In this document: positions 1-10,627 of the stretch, piece after piece
Position numbering within the stretch: the stretch's first letter is position 1
How the letters are laid out: each line of letters starts with the position of its first letter
Assembly: GCA_964016885.1 (NCBI GenBank)
Contig: OZ024740.1
Coordinates: 438,836,001-438,900,000, forward strand
Direction of reading: 5' to 3'
DNA from: Eledone cirrhosa
Taxonomy: Eukaryota
Length of the DNA stretch: 64,000 nt
Program-made: the position numbers and the translations under genes
Notes under the pieces: model-generated
Seen by the model: the letters and a program-made list of their open reading frames with translations, nothing else
Databases searched by the model: none
Told to the model about the DNA's origin: nothing

Positions 1-740
1 ATACACGAATGTTCGGAGACGTAAGTCAACTAAAACAAGAAGTACACATATACACACACCCACCATACGTACGAACCTGCATACTCACGCAGACGCAAAA
101 CTCCCATATACACATAACCAAGCCCTAAATACCAGAATATATAAAAATGATACGCCATAACAATCAAATATACGTACGAGAAGGTATACAACCTTCACAA
201 AACATACAGGTAATATATATTTACCTATGCAAATAAGTAAAGGAATAAACAAAACATATACTTAGCTCCCACATCAGGACGTAAAATATCCACGTATAGA
301 TCGTACTATCCGTTAGGGTAGAACGTGGGGCTGTAATACAGGAAAGTTTTGTGCAATTTATGTTTACAAGCCGAAATTGCCTCAGATTTTTTGTTTAAGA
401 TGTGGTCTGTGGCGTAGAGTATTTCCAGGGCCTCAGCGGCGCAGAGGTCACATGGTCTTTTATTTCCGTTATATGATCTAGCCCTAGCTATATATATATA
501 TATACAAATAAAATACAGAGTTATTAACTCATATTGATACCCTGCAATTAAACAAGCTCAAAGTATAAATACTGAGCATAATATAGTAATATATGTATAA
601 ATAAACACAGTAAATTTCGTGTCTAAAATTACGAGGGTAGAGAATACCACAAATTTTTAAATATTTAATCTTAAACATACAGTAGGATATAATTCTATAC
701 TGACCGTATCAAAAACATTTCATCTCTTGGACAGATTAAA

Positions 741-806
741 GATTCAACTGTTTCGCCTTGAAAATTGTGTTTGTAATAGATAATCTGTAGGCTATCATCA
801 GCGAGA
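741..806 (-). ncRNA. Degenerate minimal hammerhead-like motif
   Basis: Minus strand reads CTGATGA-ta-GCCT...AGGC-GAAA-CAGT-TG. The cleavage position is G rather than H and stem I is poor, so it is probably inactive. Confidence 0.4.
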
Positions 807-1039
807 GATTAGATCAAATGAAACAAAACACATCTAACAGCAACCGGAGGAGTAAAAATATGTTCCTTGTGGGCTGCATGCTATACGTGGTATGAGTGGT
901 TATGCTAGAAATAATAGCCTTATCACAATCAATTTATAAGCTCACCTAGATAGAAACCGAAATACAAATAAAATACAGAGTTATTAACTCATATTGATAT
1001 CCTTCAATTAAACAAGCTCAAAGTATAAATAATGAGCAT

Positions 1040-1227
1040 CGGTGGATTGGCAGTATTGGTAGAGGGTCGGACGCCATGCTTTCCAGCATAGTTACGTCCC
1101 TTTACGATCTGAGTTCAAATCCCACCGAGGTTGACTTTGTCTTTCATCCTTACGGGGTCGATAAAATAAAGTACCAGTAATGCACTGGGTTATTGCTGGC
1201 CTTGTGCCTAAAGTAGAAACAATTATA
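1040..1227 (+). mobile_element. tRNA-derived SINE with Nin/Deu-type central domain (octopus-type SINE)
   Basis: A-box-like TGGCAGTATTGG, B-box GAGTTCAAATCCC, central TTTCATCCTTACGGGGTCGATAAAATAAAGTACC and an ATTAT tail. Near-identical copies occur at 23117 and 23989. The empty site is visible at about 570-590. Confidence 0.85.
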
Positions 1228-1339
1228 TAGTAATATATGTATAAATAAACACAATAAATTTCGTGTCTAACATTTGTGGTATTCTCTACCCTCGTAATTT
1301 TCAACACGAAATTTACTGTGTTTATTTATACATATATTA

Positions 1340-1446
<107 letters not shown>

Positions 1447-1928
1447 GAGCGCGGCAAAGTGAGAGACTAATTATCTAAGGTTTTACCTCGGTATGTAGGT
1501 GCATATTTAGCTAAAATATCATTAAAACAAAATAAAGGGAACTTAAACGAGGCGATGTTTAATTGAATTAGTTCTTTCTGTACCTGAAACATCACAATTT
1601 TTTAATTAATTGAACATTTGGGAGATTTGTGTGGGTGGAGGAGGTGTTAATATATTTCTCTGGTTGTAGGAAAAGTGATTGGGAGGCAATATATATATAT
1701 AGAGAGAGAGTGACAGAGAGAGTGAGAGAGAGAGGGGGGGAGAGAAAGAGACACTATAGAGAGAATGTGAGGCAGGAGCAGAATATGTACATATATACAT
1801 ACATACATATATATATATATGTATAGAAGTTTCGTATTTCGAAAGAAATACGATTTTAGGAAGCCGTAGCTATGCGAACACCGGGGAGCTAACGCCTCTG
1901 GTGTTGTCCAGCAGAAGCAAGGGGGACA

Positions 1929-1972
1929 ACCGTCTATGCATTTCAGGCTTGACTGGCCATCGTCAGGACGAT
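1929..1972 (-). ncRNA. Minimal type-I hammerhead ribozyme (best copy)
   Basis: Minus strand reads ATCGTC-CTGACGA-tGGCcagtcaaGCCt-GAAA-TGCA-TA-GACGGT. It has an intact CUGANGA/GAAA/UH core, a 6-bp stem I, a 3-bp stem II and a palindromic ATGCAT stem III, as in PLE-associated minimal dimeric hammerheads. Confidence 0.8.
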
Positions 1973-2193
1973 CCCTCCCACCGTTTGCGACTGCTGGACT
2001 TGGAAACAACCGAGAATATATAGTTTTCTCGTCTGTGTAAATGAGGTGATTAATCTCATTTGCATATGAAGCTGCATAAGTTCGCTCAACTTATAATAGA
2101 AAAGAAATAAGATTTTGCTTCAAGCATAGCTTTATGCAATATGTATAGAAATTTCGTATTTCTGTAGAAATACGGTTTTAGGAAGTGGGAGGG

Positions 2194-2237
2194 ATCGTCC
2201 TGACGATGGCCAGTCGAGCCTGAAATGCATAGAAGGT
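2194..2237 (+). ncRNA. Minimal type-I hammerhead ribozyme (inverted copy)
   Basis: ATCGTC-CTGACGA-tGGCcagtcgaGCCt-GAAA-TGCA-TA-GAAGGT. One stem I mismatch relative to the 1929-1972 copy. Confidence 0.7.
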
Positions 2238-2401
2238 TGTCCCCCTGCTTCTGCTAGACAACACTAGAGGGCGTTAGCCCCCGTGTTCGCATAGCTACGG
2301 CTTCCTAAAATCGTATTTCTTTCGAAATACGAAATTACTATACATATTGTATAAAGCTATGCTTGAAGCGAAATCCTATTTCTTTTCTCTCTCTATATAT
2401 A

Positions 2402-2640
2402 TAGTTTTAATATAGATGAGATTCTACAGGACTAGAACTGTTTCATTCTTTAGAAATCATTAGCAATCTGGCTTGCCAAAATAAATGTTGTGGTATTTAT
2501 ATCTCTTCAGGTGGTAGGAGAGGGTGGGGAGTGGGATGGGTGGAGGTCATTGGTTGAAAGAAAAGGGAATTCATTAAAAGCTAATTCTTTAAGGCGATAA
2601 TTTATATTTAGAATGACAAAGGCAGAAATAATTCTATAAA
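2402..2640 (-). mobile_element. Dispersed PLE-terminus-like repeat (inverted copy of about 15300-15542)
   Basis: Reverse-complement match to 15300-15542, also seen as similar ORFs 2507..2728- and 15279..15491+. Partial copies occur at about 12998-13042 and 17745-17785. Confidence 0.75.
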
Positions 2641-2765
2641 CACACATACACACATACATATACACACACATACACACACACACTATAATACATACATACA
2701 CACACACACTACCGCCTATCTGTCTCACTTTCTCTCCTTATATATATATGTAATTATGCATACGT

Positions 2766-2815
<50 letters not shown>

Positions 2816-2816
2816 A

Positions 2817-2866
<50 letters not shown>

Positions 2867-2927
2867 TACATATGCATAATTACATTCATGTATCAACTGT
2901 GAAGGGCGAGATATAAGATTCTAATTT

Positions 2928-2970
<43 letters not shown>

Positions 2971-3000
2971 TGTATATATATATATATATATATATATTTA

Positions 3001-3260
3001 TGTTATGTAATAAACAACATAAGACAATTATTCCATTTATCAAAGGTCTCACGAAGACAGACGAGTTCGGCATATTACGTCTGAAATCGTTCATCGGAAA
3101 CTGATGAACAATTCTGATGAATAATTTCAGACGTATGTGTCGAACTCGTCAGTCTTCGTGAAACCTTCGTGAAACCTTATGTTGTTTATCACATAACAAT
3201 AGCTCTGTAGACTATATAGAGCACTCTCCTTTCCTTTACCTTCCCGACGGAAACAATTTA
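3001..3260. mobile_element. Foldback element with hammerhead-like core at the inversion centre
   Basis: 3001-3025 pairs with 3177-3199 and 3044-3099 pairs with 3112-3167. The + strand 3114-3152 reads CTGATGA...GAA-CTCG-TC. TA tracts flank it. Confidence 0.55.
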
Positions 3261-3509
3261 TATACATATATATATATTAATTCGTCGACTCTGGATAGTT
3301 GGATATTAATGGGTTTTGTTAAAACGAGATATAATATACGAATGGGTTAGAGGCAATATACATTTCCCAGAAAGTTAAATATTTCTTACATTCGTATCTT
3401 GATCGTTTCTCCGTCAGTTTCGGCGTTGTTAATTCAGTTGACTGAGTTAATTAAATATTCAGTTCGTGAATTGACGTTTAAGTATTGAAGTGGTTAAGTA
3501 TATATATAT

Positions 3510-3650
3510 AAAGGGTCTGTCGAGCTGTCGATCATTGAGTCGGGTAGGATCGAACAGACCAAACCTTGAGCTGATCAGTGGCGAAACGCGCGTCACCTAC
3601 CAACAAATGTAATGAAGGAGTAACCAATCGTCCTTGTTATCCTTTCAATA
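3510..3650 (+). mobile_element. PLE-terminus-like fragment with partial hammerhead
   Basis: GCtgatcagtgGC-GAAA-C-GCGC-G-TC at 3570-3594 with a palindromic stem III loop. The CUGANGA box is degenerate (CCTTGA). It lies between TA tracts. Confidence 0.4.
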
Positions 3651-3762
3651 TATATATATTTTTTTTTTTTTTAGTATATGTTGGTTGTATACCAACACCT
3701 TAATATGTAGATTGGAGCACTCGATGGAGTGCGCAGGTTGGTTTGGTTACTCCGGAGTAATG

Positions 3763-3899
3763 TAAAATAAAATAAATAAGTCAAATGTTTAAAATTTAGC
3801 TTCGATTATTACTGCTATATATATTTCGGTGACAGCCAAAGATGGCTGTCACCGAAATATATATACCAGTAATAAACATTTGACTTATTTATTTTATTT

Positions 3900-3905
<6 letters not shown>
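3763..3905. repeat. Palindrome/foldback centred at about 3840
   Basis: TATATATATTTCGGTGACAGCCA / TGGCTGTCACCGAAATATATATA inner arms plus outer arms AAATAAATAAGTCAAATGTTTA / TAAACATTTGACTTATTTATTT. Confidence 0.9.
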
Positions 3906-3937
<32 letters not shown>

Positions 3938-4039
3938 CGCTAAAAGAAGTCTGGTGAGCCTTTGATTCCAGAGTTGGGCCCGATCGATACAGATCGAACC
4001 CTGAGGATACCAGTCCATCGCAGGTTTTAACCCGCCAGA

Positions 4040-4185
4040 TGTTGCTGGTACTCATTTTCTGTGTATACTGGAGCAACTTGAAGTGAAATATTTAGCTCAA
4101 CAATACAACAAACAACCCAGGCCAGGAATCGAACGCCCGAGATTATGATCATAAGTTCAACACCCTTATCACTCAGCCTCGCCCC
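4040..4185 (-). mobile_element. Old tRNA-derived SINE, second family
   Basis: Minus strand shows GGCTGAGTGATAAGG (A-box-like) and GTTCGATTCC (B box) followed by a GTTGTATTGTTGAGCTAAATATTTCACTT core-like body. Confidence 0.55.
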
Positions 4186-4194
4186 CATACTATA

Positions 4195-4490
4195 TATGTA
4201 GATAGTATATATACATATCGTATATATATAAATATCGCATATATATATATATATATGATATACATATCGTATGTAAATATAGTATATATGATATAAATAT
4301 TGTGCATATAGATATAGTATATGTTATATAATATCGTATATATAAATATAGTATATGTGATATAATTATTGTATATACAGATAAAGTATATGTTATATAA
4401 ATATCTTATATATATAGAGATATAGTATAGGTTATATAAATATAGTATATGTGATATAAATATTGTATATATATCTATACGATATATATA
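4195..4490. repeat. AT-rich degenerate minisatellite (ATAGTATATGTGATATAAATATTGTATAT-like units)
   Basis: Repeated about 30-35 bp AT-rich motif, seen directly. Confidence 0.7.
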
Positions 4491-4851
4491 ACTCGTATAT
4501 TTGATGGGTAGAAATTAATTTTCCTATTCATTTTCCTATTCTACCCTTGTATACATTCGGGATATTAAGAACACTGAAGAATAGATTAGAAATTTTCCTC
4601 AATTTGAATTCCATTATCGTTCCCTTTACTTAGATGATGTTCAAACCAATAATAATATCATTTGAAAAGTTGAAACTACCTTTATTTCGGGATATGTTCA
4701 ATATGTAGACATATTGTTATTTATCTTCACAACAATGTTAGAAGATTTTACTATTAACGTTTGATCCGAAGTTCGACATCCATGTTTTATTTTTATAAGA
4801 AGCTGCTTTTTACAAGTAATAATATTATGTAACAATATATTTGTGAAGTTG

Positions 4852-5056
4852 GGAGGTGGATTGGAAGTATCGGTGGAGCTTCAGACAATATTAATTATGG
4901 CCTTTTATTATCTGAGTTCACATCCTGTCAAGGTTAGCTTTTCCTTTCATTCTTACAGGATCGATAACATAAAGTACTAGTAATGCACTGGGATCGATTT
5001 AATCGATTTTCCCCTCCCCCAAATTGTTGGCCTTGTTCCTAAAACAGAAACCATCA
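4852..5056 (+). mobile_element. Diverged copy of the tRNA/Nin-type SINE
   Basis: GGTGGATTGGAAGTATCGGT...GAGTTCACATCC...TTTCATTCTTACAGGATCGATAACATAAAGTAC...GGCCTTGTTCCTAAAACAGAAAC. Confidence 0.75.
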
Positions 5057-5555
5057 TATTTTGGAAGTAGGATGTATTAAATAAAAATACAAGAAGATAT
5101 AAACACATCACAACATTATATTGGCTATTTCGACATAGTTTTTATATTTGTTATCAATATTATTATTTATATTCATTCATTGATTGATTTCTTTTGACTA
5201 GGGTCGAAGTCTTATATTTTGAAGAGACTAGAAATAGTAATTTGTCGGATTTTTAATCGCTTTAAATGTAAGAATGGAAAACAAGAAACTAAGTGTATTG
5301 ACCTTTCTCTGCAATCGAAACCACACCTCGGACTACATTGTCCGAGACACAACTACTATTGTAGGATATATAATATATTCCTTCATATACAACATTGTTA
5401 ATATCTACTTCATTCAAACTCATAATCGATAGACGACGATGAAAGGATAGCAGACATGATTATATATGTGGTTATTGAAGATACAGTAGCAAATATTTAC
5501 CTTGTTTTATACATGTCATAAAACAGTTATAATATCCATAGCATAACAAACCATG

Positions 5556-5593
<38 letters not shown>

Positions 5594-5595
<2 letters not shown>

Positions 5596-6091
5596 CGAAG
5601 GAAAAATGTGGTAAGGAACCAGGTGGACCATAACGCACCAAAGTACTCAATACTTAGGGTAGTAGAGTGGGTAATAGGAACGAGTAGGTCCCCGACGGCT
5701 GAGCTCAAGCCGTTTCGACGGCTAATTCTAGACTAAATGAACATTTTTCTCCTGGTATATGAATAGCCGAGCTTCTCAGGGGGTAATTCCATATATGGTA
5801 AAAGTGATTGTCACAAGGATTGGTCAAAAGTTTGTTGTTGAGACACATAATTCTATCATGGCAATTTGTGGAAGGAAGGGGTAGCTGGACCTGCCAGTAG
5901 AAGAAAGAGGGAGAGAGAGTGGAGGAAACCCAGTCGTGCGTTGATAGTGCCAACTACAGCAGGATCCTAAGGGCAGGAGGCCAAGCAAGTATACTAGGGA
6001 GGGGGAGGGGGAGGAAGTCGAAACAATAAGTAAATCAATATGGAGTAAATATATAGAAGAATACGAAGAATGCTAAAAATATAATAAAACA
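5594..6091 (-). mobile_element. PLE 3'-terminal (pLTR-like) region in minus orientation, fused to the 5' end of the coding PLE
   Basis: Starts at a (TA)n tract. Its end motif GTGGTAAGGAACCAGGTGGACCATAAC recurs at 8888-8969 and 17031-17160. A degenerate hammerhead-like stem (CGGCTA/TAGCCG-TC-GAAA) lies at about 5705-5780. Confidence 0.6.
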
Positions 6092-6133
6092 AGGAGCTCT
6101 CTTTATCCATTTGGAGTTGTCGAAAAGTAGGAC

Positions 6134-7688
6134 TTCGAAGTCCGACATAGGGACAATCAGTAAACAAATCCTTGACCGCGTTATACCAAAAGTTAAGCAA
6201 AACGCCAGACTTAGCCTATGGGTCAACACCCAGGAAGTAATCTCATGGTTCAGCAATATGGAGGACAAACGAGACACAAAATTCATCCAGTTTGACATAG
6301 AGAGTTACTATGCTTCAATTACCTTACTGCTACTTACGGCTGCCTTGGACTTTGCCGAGACACTTGCGCCCATTACCGACCAGGAAAGAAACATCATCCT
6401 CCACGCCAGGAAGACAGTCCTCCTTTTCGACAACTCCAAATGGATAAAGAGAGCTCCCGACTCACCCTTCGACGTCAGCACGGGTGCGACGGATTCGGCC
6501 GAGGTCACAGATCTTATAGGATTATTCCTACTAGTTAAACTCACCGATATGTTTCCTGCATTCGGCGGTGGATTGTACCGTGATGATGGGCTCCTTACCC
6601 TTAAAGGGTACAACCCCAGTAGTACAGACCGGATCCGTAAACAATTAATCAGTTTCTTCCGCGACTGGGGATTTAAAATAACCCTACAAATGTCCCTGAC
6701 CCGAGTAAACTTCCTGGACGTTACCCTTGACCTTGATAATGATCTATACTACCCATAAAGAAAACCCAACGACAACCTGCACTACATCCACCGCCGCTCT
6801 AATCATCCTAGAAACATCACCAATAACCTGGTTAAAAACATCTCCCTCCGCATATCTCGTTTGTCCGCTAATGAGCAGATATTCCAGGAACATGCGCCTT
6901 ATTACAACCAGGCCCTCAAGCGGAGTGGCTTCCGGGAGGAAATATCCTACTGTCCAGCTTCCATTAGCGGAACCAGCAGGCGACACCACCGCTCACGCAA
7001 TGTAACATGGTTCAATCCTCCCCACAACGCCGAGGTGACAACTCCTATCGGGAAAATCTTCTTTAGGCTCATCGAAAAACACTTCCCACTACAACACCGC
7101 TACCACAACATAATCAACAAAAATACCATCAAACTCTCCTACAGCACCACACCTAACTTTGCACAAAACATCGTCTCCTCTAACAACAAAAAACTCAACC
7201 CCTATGGAAGAAATAACCTAAATAGCAGTGGAGAGCCGACCAGGAGGTTCAACTGTCCAGATGGATCCATTTGCCCCCTCGACAACAGATGCACAGATCG
7301 TAATGTGATCTACCATTGCAACGTGAGGACGGACACCTCCAACAAAGCTTATATAGGATTAACCGCATGTGACTTCAAGACCCGGCTATACCAACACAGA
7401 CATACTTTCCGAAACCCGACCCGGCGTCACGCCACCACACTTTCGGGCCACATCTGGGACTTCAAAGATAACAATATTACGTATGATATCACTTGAAGCT
7501 TACTGTCCAGAGCCAACTCTTACACGGGAGGACGCCGTCCGTGCAATTTATGCTCGGAGGAAACTTTACAAATGCTGTTTTCGACGGACCAACTCCTAAA
7601 CAAGAAAGACGAACTGGTAACTGCATGCAAACACAGATTGCGTAGGTCTTACCTCGCCCTCAAACCCCATAATGACCGGGGGGGGTAG
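6134..7688 (+). pseudogene. Penelope-like element ORF, RT + GIY-YIG, 5'-truncated, two in-frame stops (possibly Hydra-clade)
   Basis: One frame spans 6111-7688: QFDIESYYASI (RT motif A), STGATDSAE (motif B), LYRDDGL (catalytic), FLDVTL, WFNPP, C..C..C, VIY...AYIGLT..F..RLYQH (GIY-YIG) and CNLC..E...LLNKKDEL...CKH. Stops are TAA at 6756-6758 and TGA at 7494-7496. Clade assignment is from recalled motifs only. Confidence 0.9.
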
Positions 7689-8203
7689 ACAAGGGCTGTA
7701 ACACCCCACTTGCCGACTTTGTAATGGGTAACCCCTGCTTGCAAAGGTAGACGTAAGATTTTCTTTTATATCTTTTTATCGTTTCCTCTATATTTCCTTC
7801 CTCCCCCCATCCCTTCCTAGTCCTTCCAACCCAGTCCTTTTCTCTCTCTCTCGTCTACGATTTCACAGAACTTATGTTTACCGAAATCGCAGACCAGACC
7901 CCTTCTTCCTCCCGTTAGACCTGTGCGAAATTCCTTCCTTGCTCACATTTCAACCAGGTTTGATGGTCTTTATTCTCTCGTTCACGATTTCACCGAATTT
8001 AAATTCATAGAAATTTGGGACTTGTCTCCTTCTTCTTCACTTTCTGTTGCTTCACCATTTTGTTTGTTTACACCTGCGTCCCCTTTATTTACGTGTCCCA
8101 ACGACTTTTTTTAGCCGTTGCTCGCACCAACCGGATGTATATGGTCTTTAAAGCGATGAAATGCCTATGATGGTTAGAAGATCACTGATGAAGGACAAAC
8201 TTT

Positions 8204-8208
<5 letters not shown>
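7689..8208 (+). mobile_element. 3' UTR/pLTR of the PLE, ending in (TA)n
   Basis: Pyrimidine-rich UTR after the stop codon, with a CTGATGAAGGAC remnant at about 8186 just before the TA tract. Confidence 0.65.
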
Positions 8209-8272
<64 letters not shown>

Positions 8273-8854
8273 ATTTATTTCAATCTTTCCTACACAACAT
8301 AGTGTTTTGGTCAAACTCCTCTGAGACATTCGTTGTCTGTAGTAATACTGACGTATAATATCTGAGCCAGACCAACAGTCTACGAGGAATAAATCGGCAT
8401 ATTTGGCCAACATGACGCCGAAAACCTGCAGTTATCTACATTACGTTTGAAAATATGTTTTATATAATCCAAGTCGCCCAATATTAAATATAATAAATTC
8501 TTCATTTGTATTACTCGAAGTTGTACTCAAGACATATATTCATTCATATCAATATTTAATTATCTATATATATCATAACATTAATTCTAAACATATGCTA
8601 AGGGTTAATCTTTACTTGTATTTACTACAACAATGACTAAAAGTAACGTTGCAACAATTATTCCTAAAATATTTGTTCCCTAAATATAATCGTTATGATA
8701 AGTAAATTTGTTTTAAAACATCGAGTTTGAAATTAGAAACATAAGCTTTCAACGTATATTTTTACTAAAGAAATTTTAGCTCGATAGTGGGGCTTAGAAC
8801 CCTCAGGGATATGGAAAAAGAAGGGTATTGACGTATTATCAACATTTACATACA

Positions 8855-8887
<33 letters not shown>

Positions 8888-8888
<1 letters not shown>

Positions 8889-8968
8889 ACGAAGGTAGTG
8901 TGGTAAGGAACCAGGTGGACCATAACACACCAGAGTACTCGATACTTTGGGTAGCAGAGTGGGTAATA

Positions 8969-8969
<1 letters not shown>
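8888..8969 (-). mobile_element. Short terminal fragment of the 5594 family inserted within (TA)n
   Basis: Close match to 5594-5678, flanked on both sides by TA repeats. Confidence 0.75.
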
Positions 8970-9024
<55 letters not shown>

Positions 9025-9028
<4 letters not shown>

Positions 9029-9754
9029 TAATTGGGAGAGGAAACGGTATATATTTTATCTAGTGATTCTATAGACATGTTTTATGATATATAGCTCTGA
9101 TTATTTAATTTATTAATTCTTCATTGAGCCACAGCGTGACGCGTTGCAAGACACATATATATCTATGACTTTATATATATATATATGTAAACCTTTATAT
9201 GTAATAATCTCCCGGTAGATTGAGAGACAATTTGGCTGTATTGGGCTGCGCTTTCTAGCAAAAAATCCGACCAGCCGTAAGCAACTAATCACATCCTTTC
9301 TAACTTAACCGCTGCCACGTCACGATTCTTAGCCATTTTTGAATGTATTCTCAGCGCGATCACTTTGGAAAATTAATTGTCTAAATTTGAGCTAACTCCT
9401 GAGGAATCCGAAGCTCTAGATATCCCATGTTATCGGATGTCTTAAAATGCGGACGAAACCATGGTAGATGTAATTAAATATGTACACATTTCTTCTAGTT
9501 TATTTTACACCTAATTCTGTTTGGTTGACTGTATATCTGGTCGATTAATACATGCTGTCGAAATGTTCGATAAATACTCCGTCGTAACCGCCGCGAAGGG
9601 GTTGCTTTCGGTTATTTGTCGGAGATTTCTTCATAGGAGCCTTTATTCTTATAGCTTGGTCTAATTGATTTTTTATATGGTTAATTATGCTAATTGGGAG
9701 AAGAAACGGTATATATTTTATCTAGTGATTCTACAGACATGTTTTATGATATAT
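9025..9754 (+). mobile_element. Terminally redundant non-coding element (662-bp period) with hammerhead, inside (TA)n
   Basis: ATGCTAATTGGGAGA.GAAACGGTATATATTTTATCTAGTGATTCTA.AGACATGTTTTATGATAT occurs at 9025-9092 and 9687-9754. There is no coding ORF. Confidence 0.7.
9391..9474 (+). ncRNA. Minimal type-I hammerhead-like motif
   Basis: CTGAGGA-aTCCG...CGGAc-GAAA-C-CATG-G-TA with a palindromic CATG loop. Stem I is imperfect. Confidence 0.6.
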
Positions 9755-9874
9755 ATAATATATAAATATATATATATATAGGATATATATATATAGGATA
9801 TATATATATATCCTATATATATATAATAATATATATATATATTTCATTTATATCTATCTATATATATATATATA

Positions 9875-9948
<74 letters not shown>

Positions 9949-10034
9949 TACATATACATATATAAATATTATATATATATATATATATATAGACATAATA
10001 TATAGATTATATATATATGCATATAATATGTATA

Positions 10035-10088
<54 letters not shown>

Positions 10089-10627
10089 GTTTGAATATGT
10101 GTAATAAAGCCAAAACAATGCAGGTATGGACATAGAAAAAAGAATACAATTGTAAAAGATATTGTTGACAATTCGTCCTTTACCTTAGATTTATTTAAAT
10201 GTCGTTAATTTTCGAGATAATATCTCTTCTTCAGAGGGAAATAAAGGTCTCAAACCAGCGTTCTAAATATCTTGCCAAGCCACGCTGACAGGAAATAGTA
10301 TAGAGTATCTGTTCTATCTCTAATGTCAAACAGTTAAAATTAGGTGGATAAAGAGTAGTCTCCCTTTAAAAGGGATTTGTTTAGGTTTTTTTTATTTTTT
10401 TATTTTATATACATGCCTGTATAAGTGTGTGGGAGAATGCATGAAGGTGTAAGTATGTGAGTGTGTGTGTGTGAGTGTGAGAAGATAAGTCTATTCGTAA
10501 ATGTGGGGGATAGGTGTTATCTGGTGTTAGAACTGGTTTTGTGTGTGTATATGTGAGATAGAATAAGTGGAGGTGTAAGCGTGTGTGTGTGTGTGGGGGG
10601 GGTGTAAATATGGGGCTAGAAGCCCTA

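Larger units (their letters stand above)
1821..2390. mobile_element. 322-bp terminally redundant non-coding unit plus inverted copy, with one hammerhead per unit
   Basis: GTATAGAA.TTTCGTATTTC...TTTTAGGAAG occurs at 1821 and again at 2143. 2186-2390 is the reverse complement of 1980->1821 continuing into 2142->2098, i.e. across the unit junction. TA tracts flank it. Confidence 0.75.

Noticed and set aside
1-488. Possible repeat terminus or hammerhead at the window start
   Set aside because: It ends at a TA tract like the other elements, but I could not find a complete core or a second copy.
1040-1227. tRNA genes at A/B-box sites (also 23117 and 23989)
   Set aside because: No cloverleaf is present. 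The shared body, tail and TSDs identify them as SINEs.
7494-7496. In-frame TGA as selenocysteine (as in some Naiad PLEs)
   Set aside because: The position fits a Trp (TGG->TGA), the same copy has a TAA stop, the domain order is RT-EN rather than EN-RT, and no SECIS was recognised.
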